Below are positions 26,113 to 39,099 of a stretch of DNA of 64,000 bases, piece after piece. The translations under genes were made by a program, and so were the position numbers. A model generated the notes under the pieces. The model was not told the origin of the DNA. It did no database searches and saw nothing but the letters and a program-made list of their open reading frames with translations. This stretch comes from Hemiscyllium ocellatum (Eukaryota). Each line of letters opens with the position of its first letter. Position 1 is the first letter of the stretch. The stretch covers positions 1,984,001 to 2,048,000 of the forward strand of contig NW_026867603.1 in assembly GCF_020745735.1 (NCBI RefSeq), written 5' to 3'.

Positions 26113-28790
26113 GAAAGTGAGAACTGCAGATGCTGGATATCAAAGTTGAAAAATGTGTTGCTGGAAAAGCGCAGCAGGTCAGGCAGCATCAATGGAACAT
26201 GAGAATCGAAGTTACGGGCATAAGCCCTTCTTCAGGAATGAAGAAGGTATGCCAAGCAGGCTAAGATAAAAGGGAGGGAGGAGGGACTTCAGAGAGAGGC
26301 GTTGGGAATACGACAGGTGGAAGGAGGTTAAGGTGAGGGCGATAGGCAGGAGAAGGGGTAGGAGCGGAGAGGTAGGAATGAAAATTGCAGGTCAATTAAG
26401 CGGTGCTGAGTCTGATGGTTGGGACTGAGAAAAGGTGTGCGGATTGGAAATGAGAAAACTGGAGAAATCAGCATTCATCCCTTGTGGATGGAGGGTTCCT
26501 AGGCGGAAGATGAGGCCTTCTTCCTCCAGGCGTCGTGTTGCCATGGTCGGGCGATGGAGGAGGCCAAGGACCTGTATGTCCTTGGTGGAGTGGGAGGGGG
26601 AGTTAAAGTGTTCAGCCACGGGGCGGTAGGGTTGGTTGATGCGGGTGTCCCAGAGGTGTTCTCTGAAACATTCTGCAAGTATGTGGCCTGTCTCCTCAAT
26701 GTATAGGAGCCACATGGGGTGCAGCAGATATAGTAAATGATGTGTGTGTAGGTGCTGGTGAATTTCTGAAGGATATGGAACGATCCCTTGCGGCCTTGGA
26801 GGGAAGTCGGGGGGAGTTGTGGGTGCAAGTTTTACATTTTGTGCAGTTGTAGGGGAAGATGCTGGGAGTGGAGGTTGGGATGGTGAGGTGTGTGGAGCGG
26901 ATGAGGAGTCGCGGAGGGAGTGGTATTTCAGGAATGCTGATGGGGTGGGGAGGGAAATATATTCTTGGTGGTTGGGTCTGTTTGAAGGTGGCGAAAATGA
27001 CGAGGCATGATACGATGTATCTGGAGGCTGTTGGGGTGGTAGGTGAGGACCAGTGGGTTTTGTCCTGGTGGCGATTGGAGGGGCGGGGTTCAAGGACGGA
27101 AGAACGGGAAGTGGAGGAGATGTGGTGGAGAGCATCGTCAACCCCGTCTGTGGGGATATTGCGGTCTTTGAAGAAGGAGGACATCTGGGTTTTTCGGTAT
27201 TGGAATTGGTCCACCTGGGAGCAGATGCGGCGAAGGCGAAGGAATTGGGAATATGGGATAGCACTGATAAAGGGGGCAGGGTGGGAGGAGGTGTAATCTA
27301 GGTTGCTATGTGAGTCAGACCATTTATAGTAAATGTCCGTGTTGAGTCGGTCGTCTGAGATAGAAATGGTGAGGTCTAGAAAGGGGAGGGAGCAGTCTGA
27401 GATGGTCCAGGTAAATTTCGGGTCGGGGTGGAAGGGGTTAGTAAATTGAATGAACTGTTCAACGTCCTCATGGCAGAACGAGGTAGTGCCGATACAGTGA
27501 TCGATGTAGCGGAGGAAAAGGTGAGGGGTGGTGCCAGTGTAGATGCAGAAGATGGATTGTTCCACATATCCAACGAAGAGGCAGGCATAGCTGGAGCCCA
27601 TGCGGGTGCCCATGGCTACTCCTTTGGTTTGGAGGAAGTGGGAGGATTGGAAACAGAAGTTGTTCAGAGTGAGGACCAGTTCAGTCAGTCAAAGGACGGT
27701 GTCAGTGGAAGGGCACTGGTTGGTTCGGCGGGCAAGGAAGAAGCGGAGGGCTCTGAGGCCTTCGTGATGGGGGATGGAGGTGTATAGGGACTGGATGCCC
27801 ATGGTGAAGATAAGGTGTTGGGGGCCGGGGAAGGGAAAATTATGGAGGACGTAGAGGGCATGTAGATGAAGAGTTCTTGGACTAAGGGGGACAAGACCGT
27901 GTCAAGGTATGCAGAAATGAGTTTGGTGGGGCAGGAGCAGGCTGAAACAATGTGTCAGTCGTGGCAGGCAGGTTTGTGGATTTTGGGCAGGAGGTAGAAA
28001 CGGCCAGTGCTGGGTTGTGGGACTATGAGGTTGGAGGCAGTGGATGGGAGGTCGCCTGAGGTGATGAGGTTATGGATGGTCTGGGAGATGATAGTTTGGT
28101 GGTGGGACGTGGGGACGTGGTCACAGGGGCAACAGGAGGATGTGTCCGTGAGCTGGTGTTTAGCCTCAGAAATGTAAAGATCGATGCAGCAAACAACCAC
28201 CTTGCCTCCCTTTTATGCCGGTTTGATGGTGAGGTTGGGGTTAGAGTGGAGGGAGTGGAGGGCTGCACCTTGCGAGGGTGAGAGGTTGGACTGGGTGAGA
28301 GGGGTGGACAGGTTGAGGTGGTCAATGTCACAGTGGCAGTTGACTATGAAGAGATCGAGGGCGGGTAAGAGGCCAGCACTAGGTGACCAGGTGGATGGGG
28401 TGTTTTGGATGCGGGAGAAGGGGTCGTCAGAGGGTGGGCGGGAGTTCTGTTTGAAGAAATAGGTTGGGAGACGAAGGCGGCGGAAGAAATGCTCGATGTC
28501 TCGCCGTGTAGGGGAATGAAGGTGAGGCCTCTGCTGAGGACTAATCTTTCATCCTCAGAGAGGGTTGAGGTCTGGAGGGATGGTGAAAATACGGCAGGGC
28601 TGGGAGCTAGCAGCTGGGATTGGAGCTGGGAGTGGGGGCGGGGTTAGATGTGGGGACGGGGTTCGGCGTGGGGGCGGGGATCGGCGTGGGGGCGGAGACA
28701 CATGCGGCGTGGTCGTTGTGCATGGTACATTCGCTACCAAGTCCTTGTACTATTTGATACTGCAAAACTTCTCCTTAGGAAATTTGTAGA
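26113..28790 (-). mobile_element. Penelope-like retroelement (RT plus GIY-YIG endonuclease), frameshifted and inactive
   Basis: ORF 26696-27613 has GTRMGSSYACLF, LRYIDH (YIDD box), LPFLDL and SSHP...IPYSQFLRLRRICS. ORF 26392-27264 ends with LLYIEETG...FREH (GIY-YIG). Terminal repeat with hammerhead-like core at 26212-26235. Right boundary approximate. Confidence 0.88.
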
Positions 28791-28934
28791 TTTCTTTTCA
28801 ACAACTCAATGGAAGCTGCCTGCACCACTACACTCTTAGGCAGAACATTCCAGTTTCCAAACTATGCTGTTTCTTTCAAAAAAGAATTCCTTGTAACCGT
28901 GTCCTTTTCTTCTCAGGACTTTTTAAAGAAGAAT

Positions 28935-29030
28935 GCATCCAGTATGGAAACAGGCCACTTGGCCCAACAAGTCCACACCAACCTTCCAAATATTAACCAA
29001 TCCAGATGCATTCCCAAACCCTTTTACTCT
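28935..29030 (-). mobile_element. SINE/CR1-type 3' tail fragment
   Basis: gtatggaaacaggccacttggcccaacaagtccacacc is the reverse complement of the SINE 3' end. Confidence 0.6.
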
Positions 29031-29954
29031 GCTGTATCGAAATCCCTCATAACTTTGAACACTTATACAATGTCTTCTTCATCTTCTCTTCTCCATAAAG
29101 AGCAGTCCGAGATTTTTCAAACTAGCCACACAGTTGTCCAGTTGTTCATTTCTGGTAGCATGTTTGTCTATCTTTTGTGCACCATCACAAGTCCCTTCCT
29201 GAAGCATGCAGCATGAATACTAGCTGTGATGGAAAAGCAGGTTTTTTAATAAATGTTTGTCACAACATCCTTATTTTGCATGTGACGGTCCTATTTAAAA
29301 CGTTTAGAATCCTAATGATATCTTCAATCCGCACAGCCAACTTCATAATCTGTGCGCATGCACACAATAGGCATAAACTGCATTAAATATTAGACTGGGA
29401 TCAGTTAAGCAAGCATTTATCATTGTATGAAAAGATACAAGCTTGTGTATAAAATTAACAAAGAACAATCCAGAATAATTCTGAGGTGGAGGGGGCCTGA
29501 TTTCAATAGAGGAAGAGGGCATTTGAACAAGCACATTTGAGCACAAATTTGGGAAATGTTCAGCTACAGTTCTACAGTGAAGCTTATCATTTCCACCAGC
29601 AGGAAATGGTGGCAAAAACAAAACTCTAATTGCCTGGATGATTTTGCAAAGGATACGGATTATTGATAACCCCAGTGAGAACCGTGCTAAATATAGACAG
29701 TTCAGTGGGGACGTGAAGAGTAAAGGAGACAGGCAACTAAAATTAAAAGGGAATCCAAAAGTCATCCTTAGTCACAAACAGTGAAAGCGAAGCTAAACAA
29801 TGATTGGGGCTAATTATCATACACACCCTGTTTAAACTTCATAGGGGCAGGCACCTGGCTGAAGCATTATGAAGAGGAAGTTGATGTCCAATTCATTGTG
29901 AAAAAAATATGCAATTGATACTTAGATGAGATGAAGTTAGACAGAATTTTAGAA

Positions 29955-30065
29955 AGTCTAAAATAAAATAAAATTGCAGATGCTGGAAATCTGAAACAAA
30001 AATGGAACTGCTGGAGAATCTTAGCAGGTCTGGCAGCATTTGTGGCGAGAAAGCAGAATTCTGCT
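29955..30065 (-). mobile_element. Penelope-like terminal-repeat derivative
   Basis: ttgcagatgctggaaatctgaaac...gctggagaatcttagcaggtctggcagcatttgtgg. Confidence 0.65.
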
Positions 30066-31484
30066 GCAATTTCTGCTTCAATAAGAAAGGCTGATTTTCA
30101 TAGAGTGTTGGTAACTGATAACAACTGAATTGGAGACAACTTCTGATATAGGGAAAAGTAATATTGAAGCTGCAGCGGTAATGTCCACAATAACCTAATC
30201 CAGTTCAAATATAGGTATGGAATCAGAGACTGGGAAATCACAACATTTAAAATATTTTTGTTCAAAATTGTCTGGATAAGTCCAAAAAACAGATTCATCT
30301 TAGTGGTGGGAAAGCTTCTAATGAACTCTAATCTCAGCCTCAAGCAACGATACTGGGAGATCATGTGGACTAACTTTATATGCTGACTAAAATATCTCGT
30401 GTGTAACCCGTTCACCTAAATCATGTGATGAAGGCTTATAATTCTGAAACTTCAGGTTTTTTTTTGAGTATTTAAACCAGTTTAGAAACATCGAAAATAG
30501 GAGCATGAGGAGGCCATGCAATCCTTCGAGTGTGCTGTGCCATTCATCACGATCATGGTTGATTGTCCAACTCAATAGCTTTCTCCTCATAATATTCGAT
30601 CCCATTTGCTACAAGTGCTATATCAAGCCGCCTCTTTAATTGTAGTTGAAAATGCTTGCTTCAAGTTTCTAAATTTGTTCTTGCGTTCAATTGAAGCTGT
30701 GAAACAAACATGAAGTCCAAACTCTGCCGAAATTCTGAGGAAGTTGACAATTTAAATTCAAAAGAAAAGAAAGTGACAGTCAAAAAGTAAGTTTGCTCCA
30801 GTGTATGACCATGTTATGCTTCATTTGCGAAACAGCAAGTCGACAAAGGAATTCCTGTAGAGCTGGTGGATATACGTTTGATCATCAGAATTCGTTTCAT
30901 GAAGATTTCAATGTTTCAGTGTTGTATGCTACTCGATAAGACATATCACATAAAAAATGGCATGGACACAACTCCCAATCATAGTACATTCATGAAGAAA
31001 TGGCTTCTCAATTGTTGACACATTTTCTCCCTACTCCCTTGGAACAAGAAATGCTGAGTACTTAGTGGAGGATAAGCAGCAGTAGAGCGTTAAAGTGTTG
31101 AGTTTACTTCAGACTGAAATTTCTAGACTATGTGGCAAATGCAAAGTGTTGAAGAAATGGTTTCACTCCTTGTGCCTGCTCCTTTTCTCTGTTACCACCT
31201 GCTGCCACCACAGTTGTCAATGCTTTGGCCCTCAGTGTCATTTCTTGCAAATGTATTGAAGAATTTTAAAGAAATAATCACCATCTTGTGCAGTTTTTCT
31301 TTTGAAGTATGACCTTGTTTCATTAAATAAGCTGCTCAGTGCTTGAAATGCAGTATTGTGAGACTTCTGTAATTTTAATGTCTGACAATAAGTTAAAGAC
31401 CCAGCGACCATTTTAATTTGATATTAATTTTGTGGTTATTCATCAATTGCACTTTCACAGACCGAGCACTCAAGTAAAAGGTAA

Positions 31485-32455
31485 AGACAAGGACTGCATG
31501 TGCTGGAAACCACATTCTAGATTAGATGGTGCTGGAAAAGCGCAGCAGTTCAGGCAGCATCCGAGGAGCAGGAAAATCGAAGTTTCAGGCAAAGGCCCTT
31601 CATCAGGAATAGAGGCAGAGTGCCTGCATGGTGGAGAAATAAATGAGAGGAGGGTGGGGCTGGGAGAAAGTAGCATGGAGTACAATGGGTGAATGGGAGT
31701 TGGGATGGAGATGATAGGTCAGGGAGGAGGGTGGGAGAAGGTAGCAAAGTGCACAATCGGTGAATAGGGCTGGGATGAAGGTGATAGGTCAGAGAGGAGG
31801 GTGGAGTGGAGAGATGGAAAGGGAGATAGGAAAGTAGGACAAGTTATGGGGACAGTGTTGAACTGGAAGTTTGGAACGGTAGTGAGGTGGGGAATGGAGA
31901 AATGGGGAAACTGGTGCAGTCCACATTGATGCCCTGGGTTTGAATTGTTCCGAGGGAGAAGATGACGCATTCTTCCTCCAGGCGTTTTGTGGTGAGGGAG
32001 AGGCGGTGAAGAAGCCCAGGACCTCGATGTCCACGGCTGAGTGGGAGGGGGAGTTGAAATGTTGGGCTACAGGGCGGTGTTGTTGATTGGTGTGGATCTC
32101 CCAGAGATGTTCTCTAAAGGTCTCTGCTCAGAGGCGTCCTGTCTCCCTGATGTAAAGGAGACCGCATTGTGTGCAAATGATATTGGTGGATGCGCAGGTA
32201 AAACTTTGATGGATGTGGTAGGCTCCTTTGGGGTCTTGGATGGAGGTGAGGGAGGAGGTGTGGGCGCAGGTTTTGCAATCCCTGAGGTGGCAAGGGAAGG
32301 TGCCAGGACAGGAGGGTGGGTTGTTGGGTTCGTGGACCTGACCAGATAATCACGGAGGGAATGGTCTTTGCAGAAGACAGAAAGGGATGGGGAGGGAAAT
32401 ATATCCCTGTAGTTGGGTCCGCTTGGATGTGACAGAAATGTCTGTTTCGTGATTC
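31485..32455 (-). mobile_element. 5'-truncated Penelope-like element (GIY-YIG end plus terminal repeat)
   Basis: ORF 32067-32462 (FPSPSLSVFCKDHSLRDYLVRST) parallels the large element; terminal repeat carries CTGATGA...GAAA at 31583-31606. Confidence 0.8.
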
Positions 32456-34271
32456 TGGTCATTAGTCCTAACTCTTCTGAGACAAAGCAACAAAATTCTC
32501 CTGTTTCTGTACTTCCATCATTTTGGTGAACTCATCTCAAGTAACATTTTGGAATTTGACAGTCAGGTCAACATTGCTCTATGTTGAGTTTTATGAATTT
32601 TGATCAGTTTTCCAGCCCTTCTTGTGCTGGAATATTGGAATGGAACTGGGTTCTATCAGTCCTTTAGGGACAGGCTGCAAGGGAAATAGGTGGATAATAT
32701 GGTGGAAGATGACCAGGTAAGGAAGAAGTTTCACTGACTCTTATATTTCCAAGTCCGTAGTATTTTATTGATCCCAAATTAAGGAATGGATGGCTATGCA
32801 GGTGGTCAATGTAGAGTCTATTCCCGCCAATTCTGGCAGTTTATTAGCAGCAGACGTGTCCTCCATTGTGTGGGAGACCTCCTCCTGCATTCTGGAGGCA
32901 CTCTTGCTCGATGTCCCTCCTAAAGAAGTACCTCATGGCTCACAACAGGGTATCCCACCTGCATACTGGAAGCGTCACTTGTCCATGGTGGCGATCAATA
33001 CAGGAACTGGAAATCAAAGTAGGTGAGTGAAAGAAGTCGTGAGGGCTAGAGTGTACAGAACATTTCCAGAACCAGGTTGGCACATCCAATGAGGCCATTA
33101 ATGAGTCATTAAAATCCCCCAGTTGGTGCATGGACAATGGGTTACTCCTAATCCGAGTAAGAATATTGTGATTGCTGCTGTTTCAGTGATATCAAGCAAA
33201 TAGTGAAGGGTGGGCATGTGATAAAATCATTTATATTCAGTGCTGAATGCTTGAGACTTTATTGTGAAAAACTTTATAATTCCTCTAGATGATCTTAATG
33301 CACTGATTTTTTCATACAACGGTGTTTTTCTACATAGAATTACAGAGGAGATAGAGACAATTTTGCGCAATCAGTTCATGTCAGTGTTTATGTTCCACTC
33401 AAGCTGTTTCACATCTTTCCTCATGTAAGTCGCCCATTGTAATTCTCTACTCTCATCCATTGTAAGTGCTCTCCTTGAAATACATGTAAACTATTAATTT
33501 CAACTATTTTGGCTGATCACATATTCCCCGTTCTCATCATTCTATCAGTGAAGAGGTTTCCTCTGAATTCCCTTTTGGATTTCTTGAGGTACTGACTTCC
33601 ATTGACAGCCTCTAGCTATGTTCCACCCCATTGAGAAACGTTTTATCTGTACCTTTTCTTTTCAAAACCTTTCATAATTTCAGAACTGTCAGCCTTCTTT
33701 TCAAGAGAGAAGTGAACAGCACAATTCTTCCCTGATATACACAGTCAGAAATTTGTTTATCATTCTTATAAATCCTTTCCTCACTCTCTCTCGCACATTC
33801 TATAATATGTCAATTGGAGCTGCAGGCAATACTCTTAATTATAGTCAATCAATTTTTTATAGGGACTCTACTTTCAAATCTATCCCTTTGGAGATAAGGC
33901 TCAGTGCTTTGTTTGCATTTTTGTACCCTTCGGAATCTGTGATGAAATGGTTAGTGACGGATGTAATTGTCTGAGATCCCATTGTTTGTCTCCCACACTT
34001 AAATACGCATCTTTGAATATGTGACCTGCACATTATTCCGACCAAGGTGTAACACCTTACGTTTATCTGTGTGGATCTTCATTAGCTAATTTTTTTACCA
34101 TGCAGTAAATTAATTAATAATCTCTTGCAACGTATGTAGTCCTCAGAGGTGACTATCCTTCAACATTCCTCTTCCAATTTGGTGTCATTGAATTGTTTTT
34201 TTTTAATAATTAGACACAATATTTAATTTGCAGTTTTATTTTGTTTGATTTGAATTTTTGTTTAAACACTT

Positions 34272-34665
34272 AGAACATAGAACATAGAAGGATACAGCGC
34301 AGTACAGGCCCTTCGGCCCTCGATGTTGCGCCGACCGAATCCTACCTAACCTATACTAGCCCAATAACTTCCAAATGCCTATCCAATGCCCGCTTAAATG
34401 ACCATAAAGAAGGAGAGTTCACCACTGATACGGGCAGGGCATTCCATGAACTCACAACCCGCTGTGTGAAGAATCTACCCCTAACATCTGTCCTATACCT
34501 ACCACCCCTTAATTTAAAGCTATGTCCCCTAGTAACACCTGACTCCATTAGCGGTAAAAGGTTCTTAGTATCTACCCTATCTAAACCCCTAATCATCTTA
34601 TACACTTCTATCAGATCTCCCCTAAACCTTCTCTTCTCCAATGAGACTTCTCTTCTCCAATGAGA
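34272..34665 (-). mobile_element. Young CR1 LINE 3' end
   Basis: ORF EKRRFRGDLIEVYKMIRG...FTQRVVSSWNALP, (CTATGTT)n tail; ~96% identical by hand count to 61220-61600. Confidence 0.93.
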
Positions 34666-34854
34666 GAAGGTGCAGTAATCTACATGATAACTATAGCAAC
34701 TAAATGTAGAATGACAGATAAATGAGAATTATTACAAGCACAGGACGAACTATTAGGCTCTATTAACTGCAAGGTCAAAGCAGGGAACTATTTTTTACAC
34801 GAATGATATAGTGAGATTATCCGGGGCTGTAGCTGATTTCCTTGGACCGTTGGA

Positions 34855-35249
34855 GGCTGTGGGGTGAATTTATAAAGGATTGTAAAATCATGAGAGGCAT
34901 TGATACAGTCAGTAGACAAGGCCTTTTCCTTGTGATGGCTAGAGTTTCACTCTAAACCTAAACTCGTGAATATCAGTTTAGAGTGAGAGGGGGGAAAAGT
35001 TGTAAGTATCTAAGGAGCAATTTTTTTTTCATGCAGAGGATGGTGTGTGTATGGAATGAACTGCCAGAGAAAGTGGTTAACGCTGGTTCAATTTCAACAT
35101 TTAAAAGGCGTCTTAGTATGTATATGAATAGGAAGGGTTGACAGGGATGTGGGCCAGGTACTGGCAAATGGGATTAGATGAGGATATCTGATCAGCATGG
35201 GAAAATGAGACCAAAGGGACTATTTCCATGTTGTGCATCTCTATGACTC
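34855..35249 (+). mobile_element. Degraded CR1 LINE 3' fragment
   Basis: tggaatgaactgccagag...acatttaaaaggcgtc...ctctatgactc, a typical CR1 3' end. Confidence 0.75.
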
Positions 35250-35254
35250 GATAA

Positions 35255-36170
35255 CACTAGTCCTTTGCTCTTAATGTATGAGTAGAATTTCTTTGGATTA
35301 TCTTTAACATTATCTACCAAAGCTATCTCATTTTTTTCTTTCCTGCCCTCCTCATTCCCCTTTTTAGAACGTCCGTGCATCTCGTGTACTCTTCGAGATT
35401 CACTTCATCGCATTTATCTATATCTAATATATGATTTGTTCTTATTCTTAATCAGAGCCTCAATATCTTTATTCCTCCAGTGTTCCCTCCTCTTCCTAGC
35501 CTTACCTTCACTCTAACAGGAATATCACGCCTCTGAAGTCTCGTTATCTCACATCTGAAAGCCTCGCTTTTGCTGGCCTTCCCTTTAGCTGCATACAGTC
35601 TACTCCAATCAATCTTTGAAAGTTTTTGTCTTATACTGTCAAAATTTTCCCTCGTCTAATTCAGAACTTTAACCTGTATATAATGCCAATCCTTTCCATA
35701 GGTACGTTGCAACTAATCGAAATATGACCCCTGGCCCAAACTGCTCCCCTACTAACCATTCAGTCACTTGCCCTGATTTATTTAACAAGAGTAGAACAGA
35801 TTTGCTCCTTCTGCGGTAGTTTCTTTTGCATATTAATTAAAAAAAATTTCTTCCACACTGAGCAAATTCCTCATCACTCAAACTCTTAAGACCATGACTG
35901 TCCCGCTTTATGTTTGGAAGTTTAAAATTTACTATTATTACAACCCTATTACTCTTACGTACAAATTAGATCTCTCAAAATATTTATTACTTAATTTCAC
36001 TCTGGCTACTGGGGAGACTATTACAATTGCCTCAACATAATCATGCTCTTTTTATTTGAGTTCCACCCACATAGCTTTACTGGACCATCCCTCAGAAATA
36101 CCTGCTGTCAGAACAGCACTGATATTTCACAACAAGAAAAATTGACTCCAATCTCCTTTTAGGTCTTCCT
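35255..36170 (-). mobile_element. Old CR1-like ORF2 internal remnant
   Basis: Patchy similarity to CR1 endonuclease/linker region, recognised by eye; no open frame. Confidence 0.4.
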
Positions 36171-37970
36171 ACTTCTGCCGTACCTTTGATGGTGTCAGTT
36201 GTCTTTGAGGGGCTTTGAACATAAACTATTCAATTTACTAGTAATGGTTAGTAGCTGAAAATAAAAATACTATAGGTGACTTGGTGATGGGAAATAAAAA
36301 GTTACATTGTGTGGAAGGAAATTTCTGAATATAAGTAACATTTTTTTTTACAAAAAACGAACTCCATTCTGACTGCTAACGTCTTGCTTACACCGTTGTA
36401 CCTTCAGGCTATTTTCCATATATTTTGATTATTTCAAATTCATATCACCTGCTGTTTTGTACTTGTCAGCCATTTGTTAACGGATGTTTGCCGTTTCAGA
36501 ATATAGGTCGCCGTATCGTGTACGCTCTCAGAATTCAGTATTTGGAGTGCTTGCAGTTTTAACCTGTGCTTTGATCAATAAGGCAAAATTACAGAAAAAT
36601 ATTAATAGCATTTTAAGGTAAAATGTTAGGATATTGGAAGAACAACTAAGAGCTTCAATGTTTTGCAGAGGGTTTGTGGGAAATGAAATGGAGAGCTGCA
36701 GGTTTTCCAGTACGTCTGATCGCTGCCTTTCCTGATCGAAATCAATCTGTGATTTATAATTTTGAGGATTCTTATTCATTAATATTGGTGTGTCAGATAC
36801 ATCTCAGTGTCAGGGGTGTGTGACATGCCTCTGTACTTTGTGATGAACTCAGCAGAATATACAATAACAGGGGTGTAAACCCAAAGGGGTGCAGGAACAG
36901 AGGGTCCTCCATGTATATGTGCAGAAATCAGAGAATGAACCATGACATGTGGACAGAAAAGCAAAGAAACCTTGCTTCAAGTACTCTGTACCGAACAAAC
37001 GCGAAGCAATTATGTTAAACTGAAATAAAGCAGTCGCTTGTCTCACCTGGAATATTGCGTCTAGTTTCAGAAGCCACATTTTTGGAAAAATGTAAAGTTA
37101 TGAGATAGGATGCATGACTGATTCACAACACTGTTCCCGGGATGATGTACCTCGCCGACTCTGAGAAATTGGGACTGTTCCCCTCTGCTGATAGATTCCA
37201 GACGCTGTGAATAGTTGCTATGATTGGTTCTCAGTTCAATCTTGCGTCACATAGATCCAAATGGCTGAACAGTTCCAGTACTTCTGAGCTGTGCCTTGCC
37301 TGATCGACATCGACCTCTGATTTATTATTTTTGAGTGTTGCTGTTCAGTAATATCCGTGTATCTGATAGATCTCAGACTGATTTCCTTGGATTTGACAGG
37401 TGTTTGTCAAATAGATCCCAGGAATTATGCTCCATGAGATTTATTTGTGAGACAAACTCCAGTTCTGAGAATCTGCCCTTGGATTATACATGTGTTGTGT
37501 CTGAATACCTGACTGAACGTTGATATTTTTGACTGATGAATATTTTGTTGGGCGTTTTAGCTGGTGAATTGTGCATTACTAACTCAGGCTGTCCCGACGT
37601 TGGGAGTACTTTTAGTTTAGACAGAGCAGAGTAACTTTTAAACTCCGTTGCCTGCCTTTTATCTGCTTAGGTGGAGCGAAGCTCCTCATTTTTATCATTA
37701 TGTGACCCGAGGCCGTAACCCTTTCTGCATAAGAGGAAATGTTCTCGTGTCATTCTGCTTCTGGAGTGTTCCATCAGGCATATCGTGTGGAAGATGCATT
37801 TACATTAGTGGGCTGCATGGTAGCCCAGCATTAACCTCAATGACTGGATGAAACACAAGCAAACAGAACAAGTGAAAGTATTTAGCTGGAAAACGAGAGG
37901 GACGTAAGAAAATGTATTATTACTGATTAGACTTGAAGAAAGAATTAAGCAAACTCATGGTTAGTGCACA

Positions 37971-38011
37971 TTTATTCGAGACTTATTAACCATTTCATAA
38001 AGCAATTTATT
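37971..38011 (-). terminator. Candidate poly(A) signals for the membrane-form mu mRNA
   Basis: AATAAA on the minus strand at 38006-38011 and 37971-37976, ~400 bp after the TM2 stop. Confidence 0.55.
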
Positions 38012-38405
38012 CAAACGTTAATATTAAAGTTAACAGACGTGAATACAATGGCTGGATGCCACATTGAGACGAGATCGTGTGCACTCGGAGCTGTGAGTTT
38101 CTGTACATCCGTAACTGTCAACAGAAAAGGAATACAATAGCTCATCATAAACCATTCTGAATGAGGAACAAATTAAAAGAAAAAACAAATGGGGTTTAAA
38201 CAACTGGGCAGTTACAATTTTTTTCAACTACAATCATCTCGACGATACCAAAGTAAAAAGGAAAATCCATGATTAATTGTTTCAGTTACACGCTGAGAAG
38301 CTGAAATGATCTCACAGTTAGAGTCAGCAACAGGACAGATTAGAGATTGGGAATTCATAAACCTTGATAAGCAGATCAGCAAAATCAAAGGGGTCCACAA
38401 CTCAT

Positions 38406-38414
38406 TCACTTAAC
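38406..38414 (-). CDS. IGHM: IgM TM2 exon (VK-stop)
   Basis: ctcttttccag|GTT AAG TGA; 139-bp intron from TM1; completes the canonical KVK cytoplasmic tail. Confidence 0.9.
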   Translation of the reverse strand, partial: VK

Positions 38415-38553
38415 CTGGAAAAGAGAGATAACGCAATGACGCAGATATTTATGATCAGGGACATTCAGATTTATTTTTAATTCAATGGTACACTTAGAGA
38501 TTTTACAAAACGTATTGGGCTGCTTGGCGTGTGAAAGATGTGATTATTCTCAC

Positions 38554-38681
38554 CTTCACCAGGGTGACAGCAGCGCTGTAGAAAATACTCAGGCAGAACA
38601 AGGTGGTGAACGTGGAAGCAGTTGTCCAGATGTTGCCGTTATCATCCTCATAGTCTTCAATCCAAGTGTAATTCATTGAAT
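38554..38681 (-). CDS. IGHM: IgM TM1 exon (spacer plus transmembrane segment)
   Basis: catag|(G)AT TCA ATG...GTG AAG|gtgaga; DSMNYTWIEDYEDDNGNIWTTASTFTTLFCLSIFYSAAVTLVK, CART-type motif; 128 nt, phase 1 to 0. Confidence 0.95.
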
Positions 38682-39099
38682 CTATGAATATAAATCCAAG
38701 AGAACGCATTTAAAATGTTTATGGATCCAGTCCGATCTATCCACATCCAGGTCATATAACTAGAGACCATTGCATCTTCATAAACAGGCAGATGTTTCTC
38801 AATTGTGACTATTTGAATTTCTTAGTGCATTATTGACTCTTGGCAAGAGCTTCCAAAAAATAAATGCACATGTTCCTTCTGCACTCTCTGTAGCAACATT
38901 TTAAATTACTTTTTCTTTTAATCTATTATTGAAGGATATTATTATTTGAGGAGCGCTTATTAGGAATGATTATTTTAATTATGTCATTATATTTTAATTA
39001 TAGTTTGTGACCGCAGTTTAGTTGAAAATCGTAGCCATCATTGCATAAAAGTTCAAATGTAATTCTCATCTTTATTTATTGGTGAGAAATTGTTTGGCA

